Of a stretch of 45,029 bases of DNA, positions 8,998 to 18,292 are shown one piece after another (the stretch's first letter is position 1; each line of letters begins with the position of its first letter). The notes below the pieces were generated by a model. It saw only the letters and a list, made by a program, of their open reading frames with translations, did no database searches and was not told the DNA's origin. Position numbers and translations under genes: made by a program. The stretch comes from an uncultured Candidatus Saccharibacteria bacterium (GTDB taxonomy: Bacteria; Patescibacteriota; Saccharimonadia; Saccharimonadales; Saccharimonadaceae): positions 1-45,029 of the forward strand of contig CAYFUI010000003.1 of the NCBI GenBank assembly GCA_964346445.1. Direction: 5' to 3'.

Positions 8998-10876
8998 AAG
9001 TAGAGGTACAACCAGAACTCCGGGGCGTCCAGGCTCTGGTGGTCCGCGCCATGCCATGGCTCGAACGGGTGAAAAAGCTAAAAACTTTAAAGCTACCTGG
9101 AAGAAGATTGTCCACCTCCTCCGTCCTTACAAGCTTAAGATTATAATAATTTTTGCGTTAGCAATAATTAGTACTTTATTTTTAGTGCTTAGCCCAATGT
9201 TATTAGGGGTGGCCACTAATAACATAGTTAGCGAGTATGTGAAACAACCAAATCAGGGTACTGCAGCGAAACTAGAAATAGGTGACCAATTACTAAGTGA
9301 CCTACCGCTATTTCATGGACTAGGGGTCATACTGCTAATTCTTCTAGGCTTATATTTATTAAGTGCCCTTTTTAACTATCTACAGAACTGGCTGGTGAAT
9401 AATATTACACAAAACCTAGCCTATACTTTAAGAAAAGATATCTCCATTAAGATTAACACATTACCTTTTAGTTACTATGACAAGCAGCCCATTGGCGATG
9501 TCATGAGCCGTGTCACTAATGACGTAGACACTATTTCACAAACATTGGCCCAAAGCATGTCACAGCTTGTCTCAGGTTTTGTGATGTTGTTTGGTATTTT
9601 ATTAATGATGTTGAATATAAGTTGGATCTTAACAGTTGTAAGTTTAGTAATCATACCATTGAGCATGGTAGTGGTTGTTAGTATTACAAAAAAGAGCCAA
9701 GCCCAATTCAAGAAGCAGCAAAAAAAGCTAGGCGAAGTTAATGGGCATATAGAGGAAATGTATAGTGGGCATGCGGTAATGCGTGTCTTTAACGGCGAAG
9801 AAGCTTCCGTTCTACAATTTAGGAAAATTAATGACCAATTATACGCCAGTGCCTGGAAGTCACAGTTCTTATCAGCCCTTATTTATCCACTTATGAGTTT
9901 AGTTGGCAGCTTGAGCTACGTTTTAGTAGCCGTTATTGGTGGTTGGTTGGCTGTGCAGGGTCGCCTTAGTATTGGTGGGATCCAGGCCTTCTTGCAATAC
10001 GTACACCAATTCAATCAACCTATCACGCAAACGGCCAATACTTTAAACATATTACAATCCACGGCCGCCGCTGCCGAACGGGTTTTTGAATTTCTTGAAG
10101 CAAAAAGCCAATCCCCTACCCCGTCTCCTGTAAAAAACGTAAAGAACCTACGCGGTAAAATTGAATTTAAGAATGTTAATTTTGGCTATAACCCTAAAAA
10201 GTTGGTTATTAAAAATTTTAATGCAACTATTAAGCCTGGTGAGAGAGTGGCTATTGTGGGGCCGACAGGTGCCGGTAAGACCACAATTGTCAATTTATTG
10301 ATGCGTTTTTATGAATTAAATTCGGGCTCTATCTTAATAGATGGGGTGAACATTGCCAACATGAGAAGGGCAAATGTGAGAAAGTTATTTGGCATGGTCC
10401 TACAGGACACTTGGTTATTCAAAGGTACTATTAAAGAAAATATTGCCTATGGTAAGCCGGGCGCCACTTTTAAGGAGGTTCAAGGGGCCGCAAAAGAGGC
10501 TCGGGTTAACCATTTTGTAGAAGCAATGCCTACTGGTTATGATATGAAGATAGATGAAGATAGTGAGAATTTATCCCAGGGTGAAAAGCAGCTACTGACC
10601 ATCGCCAGGGTGCTCTTAGCTGACCACCCAATGCTTATATTGGATGAAGCTACTAGTTCAGTGGATACTCGGACAGAGCTGTTAATTCAAGACGCCATGG
10701 ACCGCTTGATGAAGGGGCGTACCAGTTTTGTCATTGCCCATCGCCTCTCAACAATTCGCGAAGCCAATTTAATTTTAGTGATGGATAAGGGGAGTATTGT
10801 TGAGCAAGGAACCCACCAGGAATTACTAGATAAAAACGGTTTTTACGCTAACCTTTATAAGAGCCAATTTTCCTGA
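8990..10876 (+). CDS. ABC transporter permease/ATP-binding fusion protein (type IV exporter, subunit 2 of heterodimer)
   Basis: Overlaps the upstream gene by 8 nt. Walker A GPTGAGKTT, signature LSQGEKQL, Walker B LILDEATS. Confidence 0.85.
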   Translation: MSKSRGTTRTPGRPGSGGPRHAMARTGEKAKNFKATWKKIVHLLRPYKLKIIIIFALAIISTLFLVLSPMLLGVATNNIVSEYVKQPNQGTAAKLEIGDQLLSDLPLFHGLGVILLILLGLYLLSALFNYLQNWLVNNITQNLAYTLRKDISIKINTLPFSYYDKQPIGDVMSRVTNDVDTISQTLAQSMSQLVSGFVMLFGILLMMLNISWILTVVSLVIIPLSMVVVVSITKKSQAQFKKQQKKLGEVNGHIEEMYSGHAVMRVFNGEEASVLQFRKINDQLYASAWKSQFLSALIYPLMSLVGSLSYVLVAVIGGWLAVQGRLSIGGIQAFLQYVHQFNQPITQTANTLNILQSTAAAAERVFEFLEAKSQSPTPSPVKNVKNLRGKIEFKNVNFGYNPKKLVIKNFNATIKPGERVAIVGPTGAGKTTIVNLLMRFYELNSGSILIDGVNIANMRRANVRKLFGMVLQDTWLFKGTIKENIAYGKPGATFKEVQGAAKEARVNHFVEAMPTGYDMKIDEDSENLSQGEKQLLTIARVLLADHPMLILDEATSSVDTRTELLIQDAMDRLMKGRTSFVIAHRLSTIREANLILVMDKGSIVEQGTHQELLDKNGFYANLYKSQFS

Positions 10877-10888
10877 TATTATAAGTGT

Positions 10889-12316
10889 ATGCGCTTACGC
10901 TTTCCAATAAGATTATTAAAGTTTTTAGAAAATACTCAAGTCCTATTGGATGAACCTCTTGAGATAGAAAAGATCGAGGAGGGCTTAACCCCTAATATGC
11001 GCGCGCTACGTTTAGCGATGAGTATGGCGGACGAACTGGCGTCACGAGGAGTAGCAGTGAGTGATGTGGTTCATATGTGCTTAGGTATTACTAATACTTA
11101 TTGCAAAAGGAAGGTGCATATTGATGTTAGCTCTAGTATTATTACTGTCTCTCAGGATCGTGGTAATGACCGTGAGCCGCTCACTCTAATTAGGACTTTT
11201 CATTCACGCATGACAAATTATACTAAAATTCAAGCCTTACAGCGCTTAGCGTTACGTATTCGAGATCGACAAGTCAGGCTGTCAGATGCGGAGAAAGAAC
11301 TTGATGCAATTGTACAGATGAAACCCCCCTTCCCGCTTTGGTTTAGGCATTTTATGTCGGCATTGGTAGGTATGGGTGTGGTAATCTTATACTCTGGAAC
11401 GCCACTACTTGCGGTGCTGGCGTTTATTATGGGTTTCATGGCATCGTATACCTCCGACTACTTAAGTCGTCAAGGGTTGATGACATTTTTTATTCAGGTA
11501 TTAGTTTCACTCGGTATCACCCTAATTTCTGCTGCAGTGGTCTGGTTAAATGTAGAATTTTCATTAAATGTAAACCCCACCTTATTGTTAGTGGGTGGAA
11601 TTGTCATGCTAGTAGCGGGAATGATGATAGTTGGCGCCTTTCAAGATGCCATAGATGAATATTATGTCACAGCTAATGCCCGGTTATTAAAAGTTGCCGT
11701 AGCAACAGGCGGCATAGTGATTGGAGTGCTAATTGGTTTATATATTGCAAATAATTTTGGTATCACTTTTCCGGCTACGCCCACAAGAATGGCCCTAGCC
11801 GACCAGTGGTTAAGGTATCTTGGTGCTTTCTTTATTGCTTTTGGCTTTGCTGCAAGTAATTATGCAACCCGTTGGGCAATCTTCATTGCCGGGTTTACTG
11901 GTTTGATGTCATTTTTAACGCTACAAGTGATGATGGATTTGGGCTTAAACGTTATAGTAGCAAGTGGTATAGCAGCTGGAGCAGTCGGGCTAATGGGTAC
12001 GTTTGGTTCGCGTTTTTGGAATTTTCCTTCTATTGCCATTATTAGTGCAGGAATTGTCCCTCTTGTGCCGGGCTTATCCTTATATAATGGACTGATGTCT
12101 TTAGTTGAATTTCCTTTTGGCAGCGTGGAGTTTGTAGACGGGCTAAGCATTCTTGCCCGGGCCATAGCTATAGGCATCGCTGTAGCTGCGGGTGCTAGTG
12201 CCGGCAACATGATTGGTCGCCCCTTGAGGCGCCGAATGATCTATCTATCCAACAAGCTCCCACGTCGTCGCTTAAGTAAGGAGATGACGGCAGAAGATAA
12301 GTTAGAGAACAAGTAA
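10889..12316 (+). CDS. threonine/serine exporter (ThrE) family membrane protein
   Basis: A cytoplasmic N-terminal region of about 140 aa is followed by roughly 10 TM helices. Layout and the LRLAMSMADELASRG-type start resemble fused ThrE/ThrE_2 proteins. Confidence 0.65.
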   Translation: MRLRFPIRLLKFLENTQVLLDEPLEIEKIEEGLTPNMRALRLAMSMADELASRGVAVSDVVHMCLGITNTYCKRKVHIDVSSSIITVSQDRGNDREPLTLIRTFHSRMTNYTKIQALQRLALRIRDRQVRLSDAEKELDAIVQMKPPFPLWFRHFMSALVGMGVVILYSGTPLLAVLAFIMGFMASYTSDYLSRQGLMTFFIQVLVSLGITLISAAVVWLNVEFSLNVNPTLLLVGGIVMLVAGMMIVGAFQDAIDEYYVTANARLLKVAVATGGIVIGVLIGLYIANNFGITFPATPTRMALADQWLRYLGAFFIAFGFAASNYATRWAIFIAGFTGLMSFLTLQVMMDLGLNVIVASGIAAGAVGLMGTFGSRFWNFPSIAIISAGIVPLVPGLSLYNGLMSLVEFPFGSVEFVDGLSILARAIAIGIAVAAGASAGNMIGRPLRRRMIYLSNKLPRRRLSKEMTAEDKLENK

Positions 12317-12343
12317 TAACAGCGCTTCTGTCTTCTTAACCTT

Positions 12344-13375
12344 CTAGTCTGTGATATTGCTTTTGATATTTCGCGGCAACAGACCAAACACCGTGTAATT
12401 ACCTTCTGAGGTGTCATAGAGGGCTTGTTGAATGTGGAGGTCTGGATTACTCTCTATAATAGAATTTATCTTCTCATAAATTAGATGCATTTGCGCCAAG
12501 TTACTCATCTCTTTAGCTAGTGCTTCCACCGTTACATAGTTAAGGGTTTGGTAGTTAAGAATGGTTAACGTGGCTTGGGGTCTGGCGGACATATTTTGTG
12601 CTTTATGGGTATTTTCTCTGGTTAAAATATGAATAATATTATCAAAAAAAACGTAATAGACAGGACTAGAATGAATTTGACCACTTGCATTAGCGGTTGA
12701 AAGACTGCCCACATAATTGGCTTTAATAAAATTTGCTTGTTGTGGCGAGTACTCAATCGGTTTAGGCGGCTCAAGCTCTTTCTCAAGTTGCTTGATGTCT
12801 GGACTATCGGCTGGGAGTGCCCCCGTCTGAATTGGAGTTGCTGGTGCAGGAGTAGCCTTAGGCTCCGTTATTGCATTTGGAGCAGGCGTAGTTGAGTTGA
12901 TAGCTACGTTATTGCTAGTAGCTGTCATATCTGAATTGGGTTGGCTGTCCTCTTCCTGGCTAGTTTCATCAAGTGTGAACTGGTTAATTACTTCGTTAAT
13001 TTTTTGGGTAAAAAGACGCGCATTAGAGTTGTTGGCGTCCATTATGGCATACTCCCCTGCCTGTGTTTGTATAGTGACAGAAGATAGTATGGGTGTAGGT
13101 AGTAAGGTCACACCAAAAAGTGAGACTAATGATACTTGGTTAGTAGAGTGATAAAGGCGATCGCCTTCAATATAAAAAAGTCGTCGAACTGTTAATGCAA
13201 AGAGTGCAGGTGTATTGTTGCTATTTCTGCCGATGACCACCGCTTCAATCACTTCGCCGGGTGCTACCGCATTACCTAGTACTTCAACGATATGCCGATG
13301 TTGATTATAATTAGATATTTGGAGCTCTGTTAGGCGATTATAAACCGCAACCTGATTATCACTTAATTGTGCCAT
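12344..13375 (-). CDS. hypothetical two-domain protein (N-terminal bacterial PH-like domain, Pro/Thr/Ala linker, C-terminal PNPOx-like split-barrel)
   Basis: Domain impressions from sequence only: the N-terminal 130 aa look like a YokE-type PH domain, and the C-terminal 130 aa look like the general stress protein 26 / pyridoxamine-phosphate-oxidase family. Confidence 0.4.
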   Translation of the reverse strand: MAQLSDNQVAVYNRLTELQISNYNQHRHIVEVLGNAVAPGEVIEAVVIGRNSNNTPALFALTVRRLFYIEGDRLYHSTNQVSLVSLFGVTLLPTPILSSVTIQTQAGEYAIMDANNSNARLFTQKINEVINQFTLDETSQEEDSQPNSDMTATSNNVAINSTTPAPNAITEPKATPAPATPIQTGALPADSPDIKQLEKELEPPKPIEYSPQQANFIKANYVGSLSTANASGQIHSSPVYYVFFDNIIHILTRENTHKAQNMSARPQATLTILNYQTLNYVTVEALAKEMSNLAQMHLIYEKINSIIESNPDLHIQQALYDTSEGNYTVFGLLPRNIKSNITD

Positions 13376-13405
13376 AATTTTATTATAACACGTAGGTGAA
13401 AAGAC

Positions 13406-15031
13406 TTAGGCGTCTTTGTCGCCCTTAACGCGCCTAGGGAGACCGAAAAAGGCGATACCTGCAGCTATCGCCAGAATTACCGCGCCTAAGAGCGAAGCCT
13501 CATTCATGCCGGTCATCCAGGCAGTTTTGGCCGCATCACTGACAGTTTGGGCGATTGGCCCGATATTTTTGCTTATTTCTAGGGCAACAGCTAGTGAGCT
13601 CTCTACGCCCTGTTGCATCTTGTCATTCAAGCCGGTGACAGTTTTGCTAATTTCATTGGTATAAACAGCGCTTAGAGTAGCCCCTAGAATAGCAACTCCC
13701 AGCGCGCTACCTAACTGCCGCGTTGCGTCATTCATGGCTGACCCCATTCCAGAGCGGTTGCGCGGGACTGAAGCCATCAAAATGTTAGTGGTTGGTGTCA
13801 TTGAGGTAGAAATACCCAGCATCATCAACCCGCCAACTAATAGGAGCTGAATGTAAGAAATATCTTTATCCCAGCCAGCCATAAAGAGAAAAGCAATGGT
13901 AACTAAAACTAAGCCTGTAGTGATGGTTGGACGAGCACCAAACTTGCGTACAATTAATGGTACTACCGGTCCAAAAAATGCCATCGGTAACATTATCGGG
14001 ATAGTCGCTAAGGATGCTTGAAGAGGTGTAAAGCCAATGACTAATTGCATGAGCTGGCTCATTGCAAACATTACACCCGACATCGCTAGAAAGGTTAAAA
14101 CAAGGATTAAGGTAGAGATAGAAAAAGAGCGATGCTTAAATAGCGCTACGTCAAGTAGAGGGAACTTCTTTCTTTTTTCAACAACTACAAATAAGAACAT
14201 GGCAAATAGCCCTATGCCTATATTAAGTAGTACTGGTAGGCTAAGCCAGCCAGTTGATGGTGCCTCAGTGATACCGTAAACTATAGTAAATAGCCCTATG
14301 GCGCTTAGTACACCGCCTATCCAGTCAACCGGAGTTTTAGCTTCATCATAGCTTTCTGGTGTATTAATTTGGTTAGCTGTAAAGCCTAATATGGCTACTA
14401 TCGCTGAAAAAATAAATAACGAATGCCAGGTGAAGTGTTCTAGTAATATACCACTAACTATTGAACCTAACATCATGCCAACGCCAGAGACTGCTCCCCA
14501 TATTGCAATGGCTTTTGCCCGCTCTTTTCTGGGGAAGCTGGTGTTTATAATGGATAGTGTTGTCGGCATGACAAAGGCTGCCCCAATCCCCATAGCAATG
14601 CGGGCATTTATAAGGGCACTCCCGTCGGCCGCAATAAAGGCGGCAAATAAAGAGCCAAGAAAAAATACCACTAACCCACCCTGCATAACCTTCTTGCGAC
14701 CGTAACGGTCTCCAATAGCACCGGCAATAAACAAAAGGCTGGCAAAAATAAGGGTATAAATATTAACAACCCATGTTAGGTCTAGCTGTGATAGACCAAG
14801 GTCTTTAGACATGGCTGGCAAAGCCATATTTAGACTACTATTCGCTAACATCACAGCCAGTAGCGCAATACAAAGGCTTACAAGGATCCACCAGCGCTTC
14901 TTATAGATCTCTGGCTTTACGCCATCAAGGTCTTTAGCTTGGCTTTTTGCAGTGGGGCCTGTCACTTTAGCTTCACTGCCCTTTCTGGGTAGAGCACTCT
15001 CATCTTTTTGGTTATTGTTTTCTTTATTCAT
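13406..15031 (-). CDS. MFS transporter, DHA2 (14-TMS, EmrB/QacA-like) drug:H+ antiporter family
   Basis: About 14 predicted TM helices and an MFS motif A-like GAIGDRYGRKKV. The tracked ORF is trimmed to ATG 15031 (MNKENNN) because a promoter lies inside the 5' extension, which also overlaps the pilin gene. Confidence 0.8.
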   Translation of the reverse strand: MNKENNNQKDESALPRKGSEAKVTGPTAKSQAKDLDGVKPEIYKKRWWILVSLCIALLAVMLANSSLNMALPAMSKDLGLSQLDLTWVVNIYTLIFASLLFIAGAIGDRYGRKKVMQGGLVVFFLGSLFAAFIAADGSALINARIAMGIGAAFVMPTTLSIINTSFPRKERAKAIAIWGAVSGVGMMLGSIVSGILLEHFTWHSLFIFSAIVAILGFTANQINTPESYDEAKTPVDWIGGVLSAIGLFTIVYGITEAPSTGWLSLPVLLNIGIGLFAMFLFVVVEKRKKFPLLDVALFKHRSFSISTLILVLTFLAMSGVMFAMSQLMQLVIGFTPLQASLATIPIMLPMAFFGPVVPLIVRKFGARPTITTGLVLVTIAFLFMAGWDKDISYIQLLLVGGLMMLGISTSMTPTTNILMASVPRNRSGMGSAMNDATRQLGSALGVAILGATLSAVYTNEISKTVTGLNDKMQQGVESSLAVALEISKNIGPIAQTVSDAAKTAWMTGMNEASLLGAVILAIAAGIAFFGLPRRVKGDKDA

Positions 15032-15047
15032 ATATTTAATTCTACCA

Positions 15048-15073
15048 TATAGATGTTGTACAATGTATCTATA
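15048..15073. promoter_or_regulatory. 26-bp near-perfect palindrome (candidate operator) between the divergent MFS and pilin promoters
   Basis: TATAGAT-g-TTGTACAA-tgt-ATCTATA. Two perfect 7-bp arms flank a perfect 8-bp central palindrome. It covers the -35 regions of both flanking promoters. Confidence 0.4.
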
Positions 15074-15131
15074 GCTAGAGGTGCTATAATTAGTATCATT
15101 AGGTTTAACAAAAATGGAAATGAAATAATGT

Positions 15132-15503
15132 ATGAATAAAAATAAAATTAATCTTGCTTCAGCTAATAGGGGCTTCACCCTGATAGAAATAGTTACCGTT
15201 GTGGCGATAGTGGGCATTTTGACAGCCATAGGCGTTGTATCGTATACCGGGATACGCCAAGACCGTATTAAAAACGCCTTAAAGAATGACATTACAACTG
15301 GCTTTCAGGAATTGAAAATGGCCCAGGCTTTAGGTGGTGATTCTCCTAACCTAACCGCTAGTCCTGGTAACGAGATAACTTCCCGCCTAATGCAAAGCCC
15401 AGCCGGTAAATGGTGTATTAGCGCTAAGCATACAAAAAGCGGCTTAACCTTTCATGCAATAGATGCTGGGGCAGTCCAAACCGGGCCATGCCCTAACGCT
15501 TGA
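15132..15503 (+). CDS. type IV pilin (prepilin-type N-terminal cleavage/methylation domain)
   Basis: Canonical leader ending in G, then FTLIEIVTVVAIVGIL. A C-terminal Cys pair (WCIS ... GPCP) is typical of the pilin D-region. Confidence 0.8.
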   Translation: MNKNKINLASANRGFTLIEIVTVVAIVGILTAIGVVSYTGIRQDRIKNALKNDITTGFQELKMAQALGGDSPNLTASPGNEITSRLMQSPAGKWCISAKHTKSGLTFHAIDAGAVQTGPCPNA

Positions 15504-15511
15504 CATTAAGC

Positions 15512-15540
15512 TTGACAAAACACTCCAATAATGCTATAAT
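15512..15540 (+). promoter_or_regulatory. consensus sigma70-type promoter for the 15577 ORF
   Basis: TTGACA (15512-15517), a 17-nt spacer, then TGcTATAAT (15532-15540). A purine-rich SD (AAAGGAAG) lies shortly upstream of ATG 15577. Confidence 0.65.
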
Positions 15541-15576
15541 CAAAGTAGTTAGCTAAGTTAAAAGGAAGTAAGAGTT

Positions 15577-16107
15577 ATGGCGGTAGAACAATTTCCAAAA
15601 AGTGCACCAGAAGTTGAAAAGAAGGAGTTGGCTGAAGACACCAACCGGATCAGGCGGCGTAAAATAGGTGCCGTTATTTTAACTGGTGCTATTGCTATCG
15701 GTATTGGTAGTGCTAAGTTAGGAAACCACCTTCAGCACGAAAAAGAACGCCTTAATTCTCCCCAGGGGACAGAGGAAGTTTTGAAGCCTGATGAATGTAT
15801 TGAAATACTACCAGAAAGCAAATTACGAGAAAACCCAGATGCTAGTGACAAAACATGGGAAAGTGTGGAGCGTGTTATAGAGGTGGAAGAATCTTTAGCC
15901 CTTTGCAGTTTAGACGCTGTTAGGAAAAAGTCTAATACTACTTACACCAACCAGAATATGTTTGGAATTCCTGCGGAAGCGTTGCTAGGTACTAATTTAG
16001 ATATTGATGCAATAACTGCCTTGAAAGAAAATGGTGATACAGAGTTTATATGGGTGCTCGATAGCCCTACCACTGCCCGCGTTGTGGCAAAAGACAATTT
16101 GAATTAA
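15577..16107 (+). CDS. hypothetical N-terminally membrane-anchored protein (176 aa)
   Basis: One TM helix (IGAVILTGAIAIGIGSA) follows a charged 30-aa N-terminus. The C-terminal domain is acidic and has 2 Cys. No family recognised. Confidence 0.6.
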   Translation: MAVEQFPKSAPEVEKKELAEDTNRIRRRKIGAVILTGAIAIGIGSAKLGNHLQHEKERLNSPQGTEEVLKPDECIEILPESKLRENPDASDKTWESVERVIEVEESLALCSLDAVRKKSNTTYTNQNMFGIPAEALLGTNLDIDAITALKENGDTEFIWVLDSPTTARVVAKDNLN

Positions 16108-16130
16108 GATAGTTAATTATAATTTAAAGC

Positions 16131-16159
16131 TTGAACCAGCACTCTTTAGTTGTTATAAT
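16131..16159 (+). promoter_or_regulatory. promoter of the atp operon
   Basis: TTGAAC (16131-16136), a 17-nt spacer, then TGtTATAAT (16151-16159). GGAGG lies upstream of atpB. Confidence 0.6.
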
Positions 16160-16197
16160 TATAGTTGAATTTGATAAAATAACCCCTATGGAGGCCA

Positions 16198-17055
16198 ATG
16201 AAGCTGTTTGCTAGTGCTAACATGCACATAAGTTTTGTCGCAGAACCAGTTTTTAAAATTGGTAACTTTGAAGTTAATAATGCCATGACACTAGGGGCAA
16301 TTGGTTTTATAATAACACTGGCCTTAGCCTTTTATGTGGCTAACAGTGTAAAAAAGGGCAAGAAGAATATTTTCGTTAGTCTTTTTAGTTGGATGTTTGA
16401 CTCGCTTTATAAGCAGGTTATGCAGGTTATTCCCGACAAAAAGGTTGCACGCAGCATTGCCCCTTTAGCCATCACTATTTTTATATTTATCCTTGTTAAT
16501 TATTGGCTAAGTATACTACCAGGTGTTGGCACTATTACTATAAATGGTACCCCGCTTTTTAGGGGCTTACCAGCAGATCTTAATTTTACACTCGCCCTAG
16601 CCTTTGTGACTGTCATTGCAGTGCAGGTCTATGCCATCAGGCAATTGGGCATATTGGCTAATTCCGCCCGCTATATTCGTAATCCCTTCAAAGACCCAGT
16701 TGGCGCCTTTGAAGGTTTATTAGAGCTAATTGGAGAATTCTCTAGAGTGGTCTCTCTTAGCTTAAGGTTGTTTGGTAACGCTTTTGCCGGAGAAATCTTA
16801 TTAATTGTCATTGCTATTTTAGCTGGCTACTTCTCTACTCTGGCGCTGCCAGTCATTATGGCGTTTGAATTATTTATTGGTTTTATTCAAGCGTATGTGT
16901 TTTTTATTCTAACCTTGATATTCACATCACTTGCCATTGAGGGCCATGGCGATAGTGACAAAGCACCAGAAGTTGGCACCTCACCTAAGCATTCGGACCG
17001 TCTAAAGTCGTCACCTAAAGTTGCTAATAGCGGCTTGGGAGAAAAGGCCGGTTAA
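16198..17055 (+). CDS. atpB: F0F1 ATP synthase subunit a
   Basis: Conserved Arg motif SLSLRLFGN and five TM helices. First gene of the atp cluster. Carries a hydrophilic C-terminal tail of about 35 aa. Confidence 0.9.
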   Translation: MKLFASANMHISFVAEPVFKIGNFEVNNAMTLGAIGFIITLALAFYVANSVKKGKKNIFVSLFSWMFDSLYKQVMQVIPDKKVARSIAPLAITIFIFILVNYWLSILPGVGTITINGTPLFRGLPADLNFTLALAFVTVIAVQVYAIRQLGILANSARYIRNPFKDPVGAFEGLLELIGEFSRVVSLSLRLFGNAFAGEILLIVIAILAGYFSTLALPVIMAFELFIGFIQAYVFFILTLIFTSLAIEGHGDSDKAPEVGTSPKHSDRLKSSPKVANSGLGEKAG

Positions 17056-17094
17056 GTATATTAAAAATAAGGTAATAAAAGGAGAGTTTAAAAA

Positions 17095-17310
17095 ATGGAA
17101 AATTTAGCATTTGCCCTAGCGTACGCATTGCCTGCATTTGGTGCAGCCATTGCGGTAGCCATTATTGGAAAGTCGGCTCTATCAGCCGCCGCTCGTAACC
17201 CAGAAAAGGTATCGGATATTCGTAGTCTTATGATTACTGCCATTGTTTTTGCTGACTCATTAGCAATTATTGGTGTGGTTGTAGCAATTCTTTCAAAAGT
17301 CTTTGCTTAA
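17095..17310 (+). CDS. atpE: F0F1 ATP synthase subunit c
   Basis: 71-aa hairpin protein with loop ARNPE and a helix-2 carboxylate (FADS). Confidence 0.9.
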   Translation: MENLAFALAYALPAFGAAIAVAIIGKSALSAAARNPEKVSDIRSLMITAIVFADSLAIIGVVVAILSKVFA

Positions 17311-17349
17311 AAATTAAATTAAAGTAAAACAAGAAAGAGTAAAATATAT

Positions 17350-17889
17350 ATGCATAACCTGTATCAATTTGCATCAACGCAAGAAGGAGAGTCGTCCAGT
17401 CTCTTTAGCTCATTAGGCATTGATGGGCGTACGCTTGTATTTCAATTAATTGCCTTTTTGGTATTGGTTTTTATCTTAAAAAAGTGGGTTTTTCCTATAT
17501 TTGTTAATGTCATAGAGAAGCGAGAAGCCGATATCGAGAGAAGCACTAAAGAGGCCGACCGGTTAAAGGCGCAAGCTGAAGAAAGCGAAACTAAAACTAG
17601 CCAAGCCTTAGCTAAAGCACGTAAGGAGGCAGCCCAAATTATTGCAAGCGCTCGTGATGAGGCTAACTTAACTATAACGAAGGCAGAGGATAAGGCAAAA
17701 GCTAAAAGTGAGTCCTTATTAAGCCAGGCACAAGAAGAAATTCTATTAGAAAAGAAAAAGGCTCAGAAAGACTTGCTTAGTGAGGTTAGCGGCTTAGTGG
17801 CAGTAGCAACAGAAAAAGTTTTAGGAAAAATGACTAACGTAGAGATAGATGACGCTGTTATTGAAGAGTCAATTCGGGAGGCTAGTTAA
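17350..17889 (+). CDS. atpF: F0F1 ATP synthase subunit b
   Basis: Single N-terminal TM helix followed by a long charged coiled coil. Position within the operon fits. Confidence 0.85.
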   Translation: MHNLYQFASTQEGESSSLFSSLGIDGRTLVFQLIAFLVLVFILKKWVFPIFVNVIEKREADIERSTKEADRLKAQAEESETKTSQALAKARKEAAQIIASARDEANLTITKAEDKAKAKSESLLSQAQEEILLEKKKAQKDLLSEVSGLVAVATEKVLGKMTNVEIDDAVIEESIREAS

Positions 17890-18290
17890 TGGCGAATAGC
17901 CAGACAATCTCCAGACGGACTCTATCTCATTACGGTGCTAAGCAAATTTTAGCTGGTAAGGTAAACCAGGTTTTAGAAGAGTTAGCGGCCTACTTAACAG
18001 AGAATAATCAGACTAAAGATTATGAACTGCTGCTGAGTGACATAGAGCGTGAACTAGCCAGGAATGGACTAGCTTTAGCTAGAGTGCAAAGTGCCAGGCC
18101 TTTGTCAAAGAAGTCGCAAGCTAGAATAATAAAATTTCTAAAAGATAAAACCAAAGCCGATAAAATAGAGTTGGTAAATCAAATTGAACCAACTTTGATT
18201 GGCGGTGCTATTATTAGTTGCGCCGGTTATACATTAGACGCAAGCATTAAGAACCGGATTAATAAATTAAAAAAGGTAGATAAGGAGTAA
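17889..18290 (+). CDS. atpH: F0F1 ATP synthase subunit delta (short form, 133 aa)
   Basis: TAATG overlap with atpF. The C-terminal OSCP-like motif is [25 protein letters not shown]. Confidence 0.75.
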   Translation: MANSQTISRRTLSHYGAKQILAGKVNQVLEELAAYLTENNQTKDYELLLSDIERELARNGLALARVQSARPLSKKSQARIIKFLKDKTKADKIELVNQIEPTLIGGAIISCAGYTLDASIKNRINKLKKVDKE

Positions 18291-18292
18291 GT

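Noticed and set aside
15032-15292. 5' extension of the MFS ORF (87 extra codons) that overlaps the pilin gene
   Set aside because: The extension contains the divergent promoter region and the pilin start. An MFS-typical N-terminus begins at ATG 15031, which sits 7 nt downstream of TGgTAGAAT.
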